A stretch of DNA of 42,448 nt, from positions 1-42,448 of the IMG/VR virus record IMGVR_UViG_3300022179_000883. One strand, given 5' to 3'. Both the position numbers and the translations under genes were made by a program. This document shows, piece by piece, positions 34,552-42,448 of this stretch. Positions within the stretch are counted from its first letter, which is position 1; each line of letters opens with the position of its first letter. The DNA is from a virus. Taxonomy: Duplodnaviria > Caudoviricetes. A model generated the notes under the pieces. It was given only the letters and a program-made list of their open reading frames with translations. It made no database searches and had not been told where the DNA came from.

Positions 34552-35403
34552 TCAATCTCCCATCATAAACCAGTCGTTGTCGTCAAGTATTTCGCGATCA
34601 TGTTGTAATTTATTCCACATTGCAACCAGTTGCCGAACTTTCTCCACGTCCTGCTCGACCGCTGCCCAGTTGATGACCTCCGGGCGAGGTATCGCGACCT
34701 TTTTCGTCTCCGCAAACGGCTTGATGATCTTCGCGGCCTTCGCTGCATCCGGCGACTCGATCAAGTCGCGGTACATGACCTCCGCAACAACGTCATCCAG
34801 GATCTTCTGGAGCTTTCGATCCTGCTTCTTGCGGTCGTATCCGAGGCCGCTTCCGCCACCACCACCGCCGCCGATGCCTCCACTGCTGACTTCATCTGGA
34901 GGCGTGAGGCTGACTAGCACGCCATCTACCGTGAACGTGATGGAGCTGCTTCCGGACAGCGCATCAGCAGGCAAATCTTCCAGCGTGCCGGTCGCGTCAA
35001 ATGCGATGCTGGACGATCCTGACAGCGCCCCTGCGCCCGTCAGCATTCCGGACTGGCTGAATGTGATCGTGGTCGATCCACTCAGCGCGCCGGATCCGGT
35101 AAGCGTGCCCGCTGGGCTGAATACCAGCGTGCTAGAGCCGCTCAACGCCCCTGCGCCACTCAGTGTGGCGGAAGGTGAGAATGTCAGCGCAGACGAGCCT
35201 GTAAGCGCTCCTGCCCCCGTTAATGCTCCGGCAGGACTGAATGTGATGCTGGAGGAGCCTGTAAGCGCCCCGCTCGATCCAGCCTCCAATACCAAACCGA
35301 TCCACGGCAGCGGTGCCGGATCGCCACCCTGGTTAGGGGCCGGCTGTGCGACAGCCTCTACATCGCTGAGTGGCCGTGTCGATAACGGGTCATGGCCAAG
35401 CAC
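34552..35403 (-). CDS. Repeat-containing fibre/anchor protein
   Basis: 20-aa repeats GAL(T/S)GSS.ITFSP.G.LTG., Gly linker, charged helical C-terminus. Confidence 0.75.
   Translation of the reverse strand: MLGHDPLSTRPLSDVEAVAQPAPNQGGDPAPLPWIGLVLEAGSSGALTGSSSITFSPAGALTGAGALTGSSALTFSPSATLSGAGALSGSSTLVFSPAGTLTGSGALSGSTTITFSQSGMLTGAGALSGSSSIAFDATGTLEDLPADALSGSSSITFTVDGVLVSLTPPDEVSSGGIGGGGGGGSGLGYDRKKQDRKLQKILDDVVAEVMYRDLIESPDAAKAAKIIKPFAETKKVAIPRPEVINWAAVEQDVEKVRQLVAMWNKLQHDREILDDNDWFMMGD
34932..35274 (-). repeat. 60-bp-period coding tandem repeat (~5 degenerate units)
   Basis: GALTGSSSITFSPAGALTGA / GALTGSSALTFSPSATLSGA / GALSGSSTLVFSPAGTLTGS / GALSGSTTITFSQSGMLTGA / GALSGSSSIAF. Confidence 0.85.
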
Positions 35404-35406
35404 ACA

Positions 35407-36342
35407 TCACCAGCACGTAATGATGACGATGCCCGATCCGCCGTCGCCGCCTCTGCCTCCGGTTGTCCCTGCGCCACCGCCGCCACCGCCTGCGCCGTAT
35501 CCCCCGTTGCCGCCTGCGCCACCTGCGGTCGCATTTGCAGCCGAGCCGCCACCGCCGCCGTAGCTATAGAAAGGCTGCCAAATGGTGTAGCCGCCCGAGC
35601 CGTTATTTGTACCAGCGGCAGGCGTAGCGGGGCGACGCTCCGAGAAGTAGCTGTCAGCCTGTGCCGTGAACGCACCACCAGCAAAGTCAGCCGAGGTCGT
35701 GCCTGCGCCGCCTGTAGCGCCCCAGAACGGCGTTGCCGTGGGGATGGTCTGTGCAGTGCCAACCGCGCCCGCTACCGCGCCACCGGCCACCCCTGCTGTG
35801 CCTGCAATCAGCGCGAAGGTATGCATATGAGCCAGCGGCATCGCGCCAATGGTTGCAATCGTTCCCGCAGCGCCCAACGCACCCACAGCTGCACCTGTGC
35901 CTGTACCGCCGCCCGCAGCAGCCGCCGCGCCTGACACCGCAAGGACGTTGGTCGCCTGAACCGTTCCGGGGGTTGCCGTAGAGATTGCAACGCAGACATA
36001 GGACAGTACGCCAGAGCCTGCCGTACCACCGCCAGACCCTACGCCAATGCCACCAGCTCCGACTTGAACGAACAGACGGTCAGGGAGCAATGACAGCAAG
36101 CCAGTAACGCGAGTGATGCCAGAGGAACCACCAGAACCGCCACCACCGCCCGCAGCAGCAGCCGCGCGAGTAAACCCACCGCCGCCACCACCGCCGCCAC
36201 CCACGCACAGAATGCTGAACATAGTTTTCCCGCGCGGGCGGTTCCATGTGTGCCATTGCACTTGGTTGACCGTGGAAGGTGTATTGAACACCTGCACATC
36301 GGCCAGCCCGTTCCCGGTTGGAATGTGGGAGATGTCAAGCAC
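35407..36342 (-). CDS. Glycine-rich (polyglycine-II-type) fibre protein
   Basis: WNRPRG...CVGGGGGGGGG...GGDGGSGIVIITCW. Confidence 0.8.
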   Translation of the reverse strand: MLDISHIPTGNGLADVQVFNTPSTVNQVQWHTWNRPRGKTMFSILCVGGGGGGGGGFTRAAAAAGGGGGSGGSSGITRVTGLLSLLPDRLFVQVGAGGIGVGSGGGTAGSGVLSYVCVAISTATPGTVQATNVLAVSGAAAAAGGGTGTGAAVGALGAAGTIATIGAMPLAHMHTFALIAGTAGVAGGAVAGAVGTAQTIPTATPFWGATGGAGTTSADFAGGAFTAQADSYFSERRPATPAAGTNNGSGGYTIWQPFYSYGGGGGSAANATAGGAGGNGGYGAGGGGGGAGTTGGRGGDGGSGIVIITCW

Positions 36343-36345
36343 TGG

Positions 36346-36780
36346 TCAATACTTCCCGCCGATGGCCGTGCAAACCCAACCCGCCGCGACGGTAGTTCCC
36401 ACGCCGACGTAAATGCGGAAGCCTGGGTTGAGCGCCAAGTTCATCGGGTAATCGATTTCCGTCGTCGCTGCCGTGTTGGTCGCAGTCGTGCCGGGCAAGC
36501 TGATCTGCCCATAGAAACTGTTATTGGACGCTGTCGTGTTGGAGCTGCCGTTATTCAGATAGATGCGCGCAACGCTGGCCGTGTTCGTCCCCGTTGCCTG
36601 AAAGCGAAGGCGAGAGACATACCCGCCGTTGGTTGAGTCCGCCGTGAACACAAGCTGATGGTTTGCGCTCGCGCCCGTGTAATCACCTGTTGCTGTGGTG
36701 ATCGTGGTCGCCATGCCGGTTGTGCCATTGCTGGAAACGTCACCTTGGCGGCTGTAAATCGGTTCGCTATTTGATGGCAT
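36346..36780 (-). CDS. Small jelly-roll-like virion protein
   Basis: LVFTADSTNGGYVSRLRF...LALNPGFRIYV...AIGGKY. Confidence 0.7.
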   Translation of the reverse strand: MPSNSEPIYSRQGDVSSNGTTGMATTITTATGDYTGASANHQLVFTADSTNGGYVSRLRFQATGTNTASVARIYLNNGSSNTTASNNSFYGQISLPGTTATNTAATTEIDYPMNLALNPGFRIYVGVGTTVAAGWVCTAIGGKY

Positions 36781-36787
36781 GAATCAC

Positions 36788-37144
36788 CTAAGGAATATTG
36801 AGGCCGGACGTGATAGCAAGGATCTTGCCGTTCAAGTCCTGAAACAGATCAGCGGCCAACGTCGAGAAAACCGTGTGCGTACCGGATGACAGATTGACTG
36901 CGTTGTTGGAGTTCGTTGACTCAAGGACGTACTGTCGAACTAGAGTTGTGCTACCAGAAAGGTAGCCGCGACCAACTTCCCAATCCACGCCATCAGCGTC
37001 TTGAATGCAGTAGTAGAAAAAGACGTTTGTCCCAAAAGCTGCGTTGAACGTCTGAAATCCCGTTGCAGCGCCTGCAAGCGTCAACGCCCCCGTGCCGGTT
37101 GTCGTGCTGGTCTCTTTGACCCGATCCGCAACCATCCCGGTCAT
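36788..37144 (-). CDS. Fibre-associated protein (ADRVKETSTTTGTG type)
   Basis: ADRVKETSTTTGTGALTLAGA...WEVGRG, an N-terminal domain I recall from phage fibre proteins. Confidence 0.7.
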   Translation of the reverse strand: MTGMVADRVKETSTTTGTGALTLAGAATGFQTFNAAFGTNVFFYYCIQDADGVDWEVGRGYLSGSTTLVRQYVLESTNSNNAVNLSSGTHTVFSTLAADLFQDLNGKILAITSGLNIP

Positions 37145-37605
37145 ACGTATACGCCTGCAATAATGATCTCATTCGCCGCCACTGCCGCCGTGTCTGCATC
37201 GGCAATGCCAGTCGTTGTTGCATAGGCAATGCCGGTCCCGAATGAGATGCCAGGATCGAAGTTGATCGAAAAACCCGCTCCGGTCGTGCTGGCAGGAATG
37301 GGTAGTGTCAACACTGGCGTATCTGATCCCACCGTTGGCGCACTGGCCTTGTTGTAGAACTTGAGGTAACGCACAGCGGCATTCAAGTTCACTACGTACA
37401 GGGCATACAATACGCCTGCGCTTGCCTTGAGTGAGGTCGCGTTTGTTGAGTTTGCAGACAGCAGACGAAAGCCAGTGCCCGCATCAGCAACAATGCCATC
37501 ACTGCCGAAACTGCGTTTTACGCGAGCGTAAAGGACGCTACTAACGTCGTCTGCCGCAAACGTACTGCCACCAGACCCCGCATTGGCGACGTAGTTGTCA
37601 GCCAT
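37141..37605 (-). CDS. Small jelly-roll-like virion protein with MADN N-terminal motif
   Basis: KASAGVLYALYVVN...YLKFYNKASAPTVG...FGTGIAYA. Confidence 0.7.
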   Translation of the reverse strand: MADNYVANAGSGGSTFAADDVSSVLYARVKRSFGSDGIVADAGTGFRLLSANSTNATSLKASAGVLYALYVVNLNAAVRYLKFYNKASAPTVGSDTPVLTLPIPASTTGAGFSINFDPGISFGTGIAYATTTGIADADTAAVAANEIIIAGVYV

Positions 37606-37606
37606 A

Positions 37607-38041
37607 TCAGTCAGCCGTCACGGTCAGTGCGCCAATGGCAAAGCTAGGCGTGATGCCGCTCGACACCACCAATGAACAAGTTCCACTGAACAGCAATGTC
37701 CCTGCACCGGAAGAATCGGTGCCAATTCCAAAGTGAGTGATGGTCGAACCCGTCACTCCGCACGCCGCAAATGTTACCGCACCCGCATTGCTCACTGAGT
37801 TGCTTGCAACGGTCCATCCGGCGCCAGATCGCGCCACCGCGACGCGAGCGTAGTTGGTGTAAGCCGTCTCGGATGTCGTCTGCGACCCTGCTTCACCTGG
37901 ATCTGCGGTATGCAAAGAGACGTAGAGCGAACCCGCCGTAGCGGAGTTTTGAAGTCCACCAGCGTCGCCAACGCCAGCAAAGTCAGAGTTGTTGAAAAAC
38001 AGCAGTAGAGTGCCGTTTTCCATTGAATTCGATGCACTCAT
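37607..38041 (-). CDS. Conserved small virion beta-sandwich protein
   Basis: LYVSLHTADPGE...YARVAV...ITHFGIG...PSFAIGAL; ATGA-coupled to the portal. Confidence 0.75.
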   Translation of the reverse strand: MSASNSMENGTLLLFFNNSDFAGVGDAGGLQNSATAGSLYVSLHTADPGEAGSQTTSETAYTNYARVAVARSGAGWTVASNSVSNAGAVTFAACGVTGSTITHFGIGTDSSGAGTLLFSGTCSLVVSSGITPSFAIGALTVTAD

Positions 38042-40461
38042 TGGACAACCTCATCCATCGTTTCAGCGATTCTGCCGTTCGCACCATACTTCGCGGTGCG
38101 TTTGCGAGGAGCCTTCACTGCCTTGATGAGTTCCTGCGTCTGCATGGCCTGGCCTGTGACAGTCTCGACGAGTTTATCGATCATCCCACCCATCTGCGTG
38201 ACGGCCTGAGCCATCTTGCTGTCAACGCTCTTGCTGACAACCTGCTCCGTCTTTGCCTGCTTCGACTCAAGGCCCGTCAACTGCTTCTTGTGGTCGAGCT
38301 TGGTGCCCTCCAAAGATGCCTTGTTTGTCAAACTCTCTTGAGCTGCTTTCTTCTCAAGCTCGAACAGCGCTTTCTCGGTCTTGAGCTGCTCCTCTCTCAG
38401 TGCAAGGTCCGTCGCTTTCTGCTGCAACGCCGCCTCGGCCTCCTGCGCCTGCAACTTCGTGTTGAGTTGAGCAATGGTCGCTGCATCTTGCATTGCCTTC
38501 TGCTGTGCAGCCTGCTTGTCAGCCGCCGCTTGCTCGGCCTGCTTCTGCGCGGCCTGGGCCTTGCCGTCGTCCTGCGGAGGCGGCGGCTTCATCTGCTTGA
38601 TCTGGTCCTCTATCTCGTTGCCGAACCGGAACCGGCGCGTGATCGCCATGAGCATAGACTGCGCGGCCTGGAACGGCATGATGCCCTGCGCCACCATCGG
38701 TCCAACGCCATTCAGGAACTGCCCGATGGAGTTCATCAGGTCCGAGATGTTCTTCTGGTCCTCTGCCGCTTCCGGCTCGATGGTCGAATTCGTCTCAATG
38801 TCGATCTTGTAGGACCGCTGCACGTCGTCTTGTAGGACAGCGAGCACCTCCGCCCACTTCGGCTTCTGCAACTCGGCCTGCGCCTGCTGCATGGCCTGCT
38901 GTGCCTGCTGAGCGGCGGGATTGGGCGGCTGCGGAGGCTGTCCCGGCTGCGGCGGCATCGGCGGCGGCACCATCTGCATCGCCTGCTGCGCGGCCCCCAT
39001 CATGGCCTCAGCCTGCTGGACCTGCATGTCCGTGAGGTACGGCAGGCCCGTCATCTTGGCCCACGTCTCCTGGCTGAACTTGTTGGCAGCGACCTCAAGC
39101 GTCATGCGCAGAATGTCGCGCGCGAACCGCTGGACCTCGTACTGCTTCGGCTTGATACGCAGCGTGCCCCACTGCGACTTCAACTGCTGCGCGCCGAGCG
39201 TCTCGGATGCCTTGCTGGCGCCGCGCACGATGTCGGAGATGCCCGTCACCTCGTAGATGACCTGTTTGCACGCCTCACGGGCCGCGTACAACTCACGCAG
39301 CGTCTGGATCAGCACGTCGAGCGGCATGAACCAGATGGCGTTCGACATGCCCTTTTCAGCCGCCAGAGACGATGACTTGTCAGCCGGGACAAGCTGGTTG
39401 TCGTCGGCGTCCATCAGGTTTGCGATGTCGTCGCCCAACTCGGAGTCGTAAATACCACGCGCCTTGATGGCCTCGATGATCTTGTTGATGCGGATGGTCA
39501 GCGAGTTGAGTTCGTCCGCCTGGTTCTCGTACAGCGTGTACATCGCCGTAGGGACCATGTCATCCGTTTTCTCAACGAACTGAAGCGGACGCGGGCAGTC
39601 GAAGAAGCCAGTCAGCTCCAGCGGGTCATCCTGCTCAAGCAGATAACCTTCCGAATACTGCGGGCTGATGAAGCGGACCTTGCGACCGCCGTCCTTGTCC
39701 CAAATCTTGTAGATCAGCGCCGTCTTGCGCTCGCCCGTGTGCCGCTCATCCTCGCGGTTCCTGTCCGATGCTTCTTCAGCCTGCCCCTTGGTGTACTTGA
39801 TCTTGCCGGCGATGCTCTTTCCGAACAGCCGGTTTGCTTCGGGCCGATCAATGTACATTTCGTAAGCAATCCACGGGACCTTCGACCACTTCTTCGCGTA
39901 GCCGCAGCAGAAACGGTCCCATGACTCGGACTCGGTGCAAACCAGTTCGTAGCTCTTGACGGGAACCGTTGGCTTCTCAGCCTCAACGCCCTCTTCTTCC
40001 GCCTCATCCTCCGCGGCGTCCTCATCCGGCACGTCCACCACGTCAGCGTCGTACTTGATGCGCGCGATGCCGCGGCCAGGCAGCAAGCCATCGTTCAGCG
40101 CGACTTTGATGGACTCGTTGAAGCTCTCGTAGCCGTCGATGTTGGTGTCGAGTTGGAACTCAAGGATCCGCTGCGCCGCCGTAGCTGCGGCTTTGGCGAT
40201 TGGATTGCCGTCCTTGAAGCGGTACTCGACAACCGGGCGGGGAACTTGCGAGTACAGCGACGGAGCGATTGTTTCGACGTTGCTGTACAGGATGTTGAAG
40301 GGCGTTGATTCTGTCTTTTCGCCCGCAAAGATGGCCCGGATCCGGCGTCCTTCTTTGCGGTAATCCTCATCGCGCTTGCGTGAGGCTTCGATCTCCGACA
40401 ACCAATGCTGAACGATGGGGTCGCGCTCGCCTTCCTTCCGTTCCTTGCGAGGCCGCGCCAT
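38038..40461 (-). CDS. Portal protein with long C-terminal coiled coil
   Basis: 807 aa; FNILYSNVE...P.LYS, IYEVTGISDIVRG, ETLGAQQLK; follows terL. Confidence 0.9.
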   Translation of the reverse strand: MARPRKERKEGERDPIVQHWLSEIEASRKRDEDYRKEGRRIRAIFAGEKTESTPFNILYSNVETIAPSLYSQVPRPVVEYRFKDGNPIAKAAATAAQRILEFQLDTNIDGYESFNESIKVALNDGLLPGRGIARIKYDADVVDVPDEDAAEDEAEEEGVEAEKPTVPVKSYELVCTESESWDRFCCGYAKKWSKVPWIAYEMYIDRPEANRLFGKSIAGKIKYTKGQAEEASDRNREDERHTGERKTALIYKIWDKDGGRKVRFISPQYSEGYLLEQDDPLELTGFFDCPRPLQFVEKTDDMVPTAMYTLYENQADELNSLTIRINKIIEAIKARGIYDSELGDDIANLMDADDNQLVPADKSSSLAAEKGMSNAIWFMPLDVLIQTLRELYAAREACKQVIYEVTGISDIVRGASKASETLGAQQLKSQWGTLRIKPKQYEVQRFARDILRMTLEVAANKFSQETWAKMTGLPYLTDMQVQQAEAMMGAAQQAMQMVPPPMPPQPGQPPQPPNPAAQQAQQAMQQAQAELQKPKWAEVLAVLQDDVQRSYKIDIETNSTIEPEAAEDQKNISDLMNSIGQFLNGVGPMVAQGIMPFQAAQSMLMAITRRFRFGNEIEDQIKQMKPPPPQDDGKAQAAQKQAEQAAADKQAAQQKAMQDAATIAQLNTKLQAQEAEAALQQKATDLALREEQLKTEKALFELEKKAAQESLTNKASLEGTKLDHKKQLTGLESKQAKTEQVVSKSVDSKMAQAVTQMGGMIDKLVETVTGQAMQTQELIKAVKAPRKRTAKYGANGRIAETMDEVVQ

Positions 40462-40464
40462 CTA

Positions 40465-40746
40465 CTACGCCTGGCCCGGAATGTAGAAGAACGTCACGTC
40501 GAGGGTACCACCAATCGTGGCGTGCAGCCCAGTCGGGCAGGACATTGGGTACGCATGAAATCCGATAGCCGGCGTAATGGTGCCGGACTTGACTGTGCCG
40601 CCTGAAATGTCGCGAAACACGATGGTGCCCGAGCTGGTCGAGTTCACGTAGAACCCGAGGAGCGTCACCGGATCGGACACGCGCCCGATGGTGGTCGTGG
40701 CTGTTGCGTTGAGCGGGACGCCCGCTTCGACGACTACGGTAGACAA
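40465..40746 (-). CDS. 93-aa jelly-roll-like protein (possible vertex/spike base)
   Basis: LLGFYVNSTSSGTIVFRD...PTGLHATIGGTLDVTFFY; TTG start; between terL and portal. Confidence 0.65.
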   Translation of the reverse strand: MSTVVVEAGVPLNATATTTIGRVSDPVTLLGFYVNSTSSGTIVFRDISGGTVKSGTITPAIGFHAYPMSCPTGLHATIGGTLDVTFFYIPGQA

Positions 40747-40764
40747 GGATCACCCCCTTACGCA

Positions 40765-42204
40765 TCACCAAGGACTACGGGCTGCTCGGGCCTTCGCGAA
40801 GTGTCGCTTGCGGATGTCCCCTAAGGTTGTAGCTTTTACAACCGGGAACCCATCATTGTCAACTTTTTTGCCCTTTGGCATCAATCTCCACGACACTGCC
40901 ACAGACATGAGCGCGTCGGAGGGGTGCGAAGCCCAGTTGTGCTTGGGCTGCAAGCTGAACACCTTCGCCTCGTCGTCGTACACCCGCTGATAGGCCCGAA
41001 GCGCCTCAATTCCCGGTCCGCAACGGTCTTTGTCGATCCTGCACTGCCGCAGCGTCGCCCGCGCTGCCTGGATCTGCTCCTGCTTGTCGAGCCGCTTGGC
41101 GATGGCGAAGTCCCCGAGCGTGCCCTTCATGCGCTCGTTGCACTCCGAAAACTGCTGCCACATCGACTTGCCGCCCGCTGCCAGCGTCTGAGGCCGAGCG
41201 TCGTGCGGAAGCCAGTGCTTGCCGTACGTCCAGCCATGCTCCAGCCGCTTGTCCTCCAGCATCTGCGCGTAGAACGGGATGTCCTTGAAGTTCGATGCGT
41301 GGTAGTCCACGAACGCCGGCTCCCCGTCCTCCTTCACCTGGTAGAACCACGCCACCGTGTCGTCCGACCTACCTAAGTCCCACCCCGTATGCACCGGGTA
41401 GGCCACGTCCACCGGCACCAGCCCGATGCGCCCAGCCGTCTGCAACTCGTCCATCGTGTCGCCGAAAATGGACCCCGGTATCGCCGCGTCGAAGCTGCAC
41501 AAGTACTCCTGCGACCACATCGCTCGCCCGAACGTCTCGCCGTGCACGCCCTGGAGGGTGCGCAACTCCGCCTGCAACTCCTCCTCCGTGAACACGTCCG
41601 TATCGCGCGCCGTCGATACCTCCCAGAACCACTTCGGATCCAACTGCGCGACCTTCAACAACCCCTCCGCGTGGTTGTGACCTCGCGGCGTCGTGATGAA
41701 GATGGCCCACCCGTCGTTCTCCCTCAAGATCGGTGAGAAGTACGCCCACGCACTCGGGTTCCCCAACGCATACTCCGAAAACACCATCCCGCAATACGAC
41801 GTGCCCATCATCGCGTTGTAGTTGTCCGACCCCGCCAACTGCCACGTCGAGCCGTTCAAGAACTCGATCATCATCTCGTTCTCGTTCGTCGACTTCCGCA
41901 ACCACTTCGGAAACGCCACGTCAATTCGCCGCATCCCAGAGTGCGGGTCCACCATGTCCCACATCGCTTTCCGCGCCTGCTCCTGCTCCGGCAGGAAGTG
42001 CACGTAGCTCCCCACCCGCTGGTGCAGCGCCACGCACGTCCACGCCAGCGACACGTCGTCCTTGCCCCACCGCCGATGCGCGATCTCAATGGCTCGCTTC
42101 CCACGCCCCGCATCCCCCGACGTCAGGTAGTCCCACAGCCGATTCTGATGGCGACGGGCGCGCCATTTGTGGGGCAGGGTCAGGAGTTCAGCGGCGGCGG
42201 TCAT
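40765..42204 (-). CDS. terL: Terminase large subunit
   Basis: Walker-A variant AHRRWGKD, FSEYA, FITTPRGHN, QEYLCSF, nuclease WDLGRSDDT, HNWASHPSDA. Likely start ATG 42204 after GAGG. Confidence 0.93.
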   Translation of the reverse strand: MTAAAELLTLPHKWRARRHQNRLWDYLTSGDAGRGKRAIEIAHRRWGKDDVSLAWTCVALHQRVGSYVHFLPEQEQARKAMWDMVDPHSGMRRIDVAFPKWLRKSTNENEMMIEFLNGSTWQLAGSDNYNAMMGTSYCGMVFSEYALGNPSAWAYFSPILRENDGWAIFITTPRGHNHAEGLLKVAQLDPKWFWEVSTARDTDVFTEEELQAELRTLQGVHGETFGRAMWSQEYLCSFDAAIPGSIFGDTMDELQTAGRIGLVPVDVAYPVHTGWDLGRSDDTVAWFYQVKEDGEPAFVDYHASNFKDIPFYAQMLEDKRLEHGWTYGKHWLPHDARPQTLAAGGKSMWQQFSECNERMKGTLGDFAIAKRLDKQEQIQAARATLRQCRIDKDRCGPGIEALRAYQRVYDDEAKVFSLQPKHNWASHPSDALMSVAVSWRLMPKGKKVDNDGFPVVKATTLGDIRKRHFAKARAARSPW

Positions 42205-42406
42205 CTCTGACCTCATAGAACTCCGAGCCAGTCGAGTCGTCAATGATCGGAACGTACTTGACGACGTGCCTAACGTACACGTTGCACTGCGGGCAGCTAT
42301 AGCTCACCGAAACGTACCTTGCACGCTCGTCAGCCGAAGCGTGAGGACCAATGCCAATCGACGGAATGTGATTCAAACAGCGCGGACACAGCATGCGCAG
42401 CTCCAT
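42188..42406 (-). CDS. Small Zn-ribbon protein
   Basis: CPRC...CPQC; between terS and terL on the circular map. Confidence 0.5.
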   Translation of the reverse strand: MELRMLCPRCLNHIPSIGIGPHASADERARYVSVSYSCPQCNVYVRHVVKYVPIIDDSTGSEFYEVRDDRRR

Positions 42407-42448
42407 TTTTTTTGCAGCCGAGGCAGGGTTACTCTGGTGATGCGATGC

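Noticed and set aside
34505-35563. 352-aa Pro-rich plus-strand ORF with repeats
   Set aside because: Mirror of Gly-rich and repeat codons on the coding strand
26395-38041. Diversity-generating retroelement or invertible fibre cassette
   Set aside because: No reverse transcriptase or invertase, and no near-identical TR/VR pair or flanking IRs seen by eye

Overview
The window looks like a complete, circularly permuted ~42.4 kb tailed dsDNA phage genome with a short non-contractile (podovirus-type) tail. The embedded Rz/Rz1 spanins point to a Gram-negative host. terS sits at the left end and terL at the right end, both on the minus strand, so the ends join within the packaging operon. Order: terS; a repeat/AT-rich ori-like control region; three rightward early/middle operons alternating with two leftward replication operons (VapE-type helicase, SF2 helicase, VRR-NUC, RNAP alpha-CTD-like protein); then one ~29 kb leftward late block (terL, portal, an ~11.6 kb cluster of 11 fibre/adhesin/glycan-enzyme-like genes, scaffold, MCP, decoration, adaptor, nozzle, three ejection proteins, a short tail fibre, lysis cassette). 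I saw no integrase, DNA polymerase, tRNA, CRISPR array or reverse transcriptase. Best leads: (1) a three-way-junction C4-like RNA at ~4992-5060 whose loop is complementary to a shared AACGAGG element in the ribosome-binding sites of four operons/genes; (2) two operator-like motifs linking all three divergent promoter regions; (3) early gene cassettes bounded by repeats that give unrelated proteins the same C-terminal peptide; (4) a modular head-appendage cluster carrying PASTA, beta-helix and lyase-like domains. All family calls come from motif recognition by eye, not database searches.
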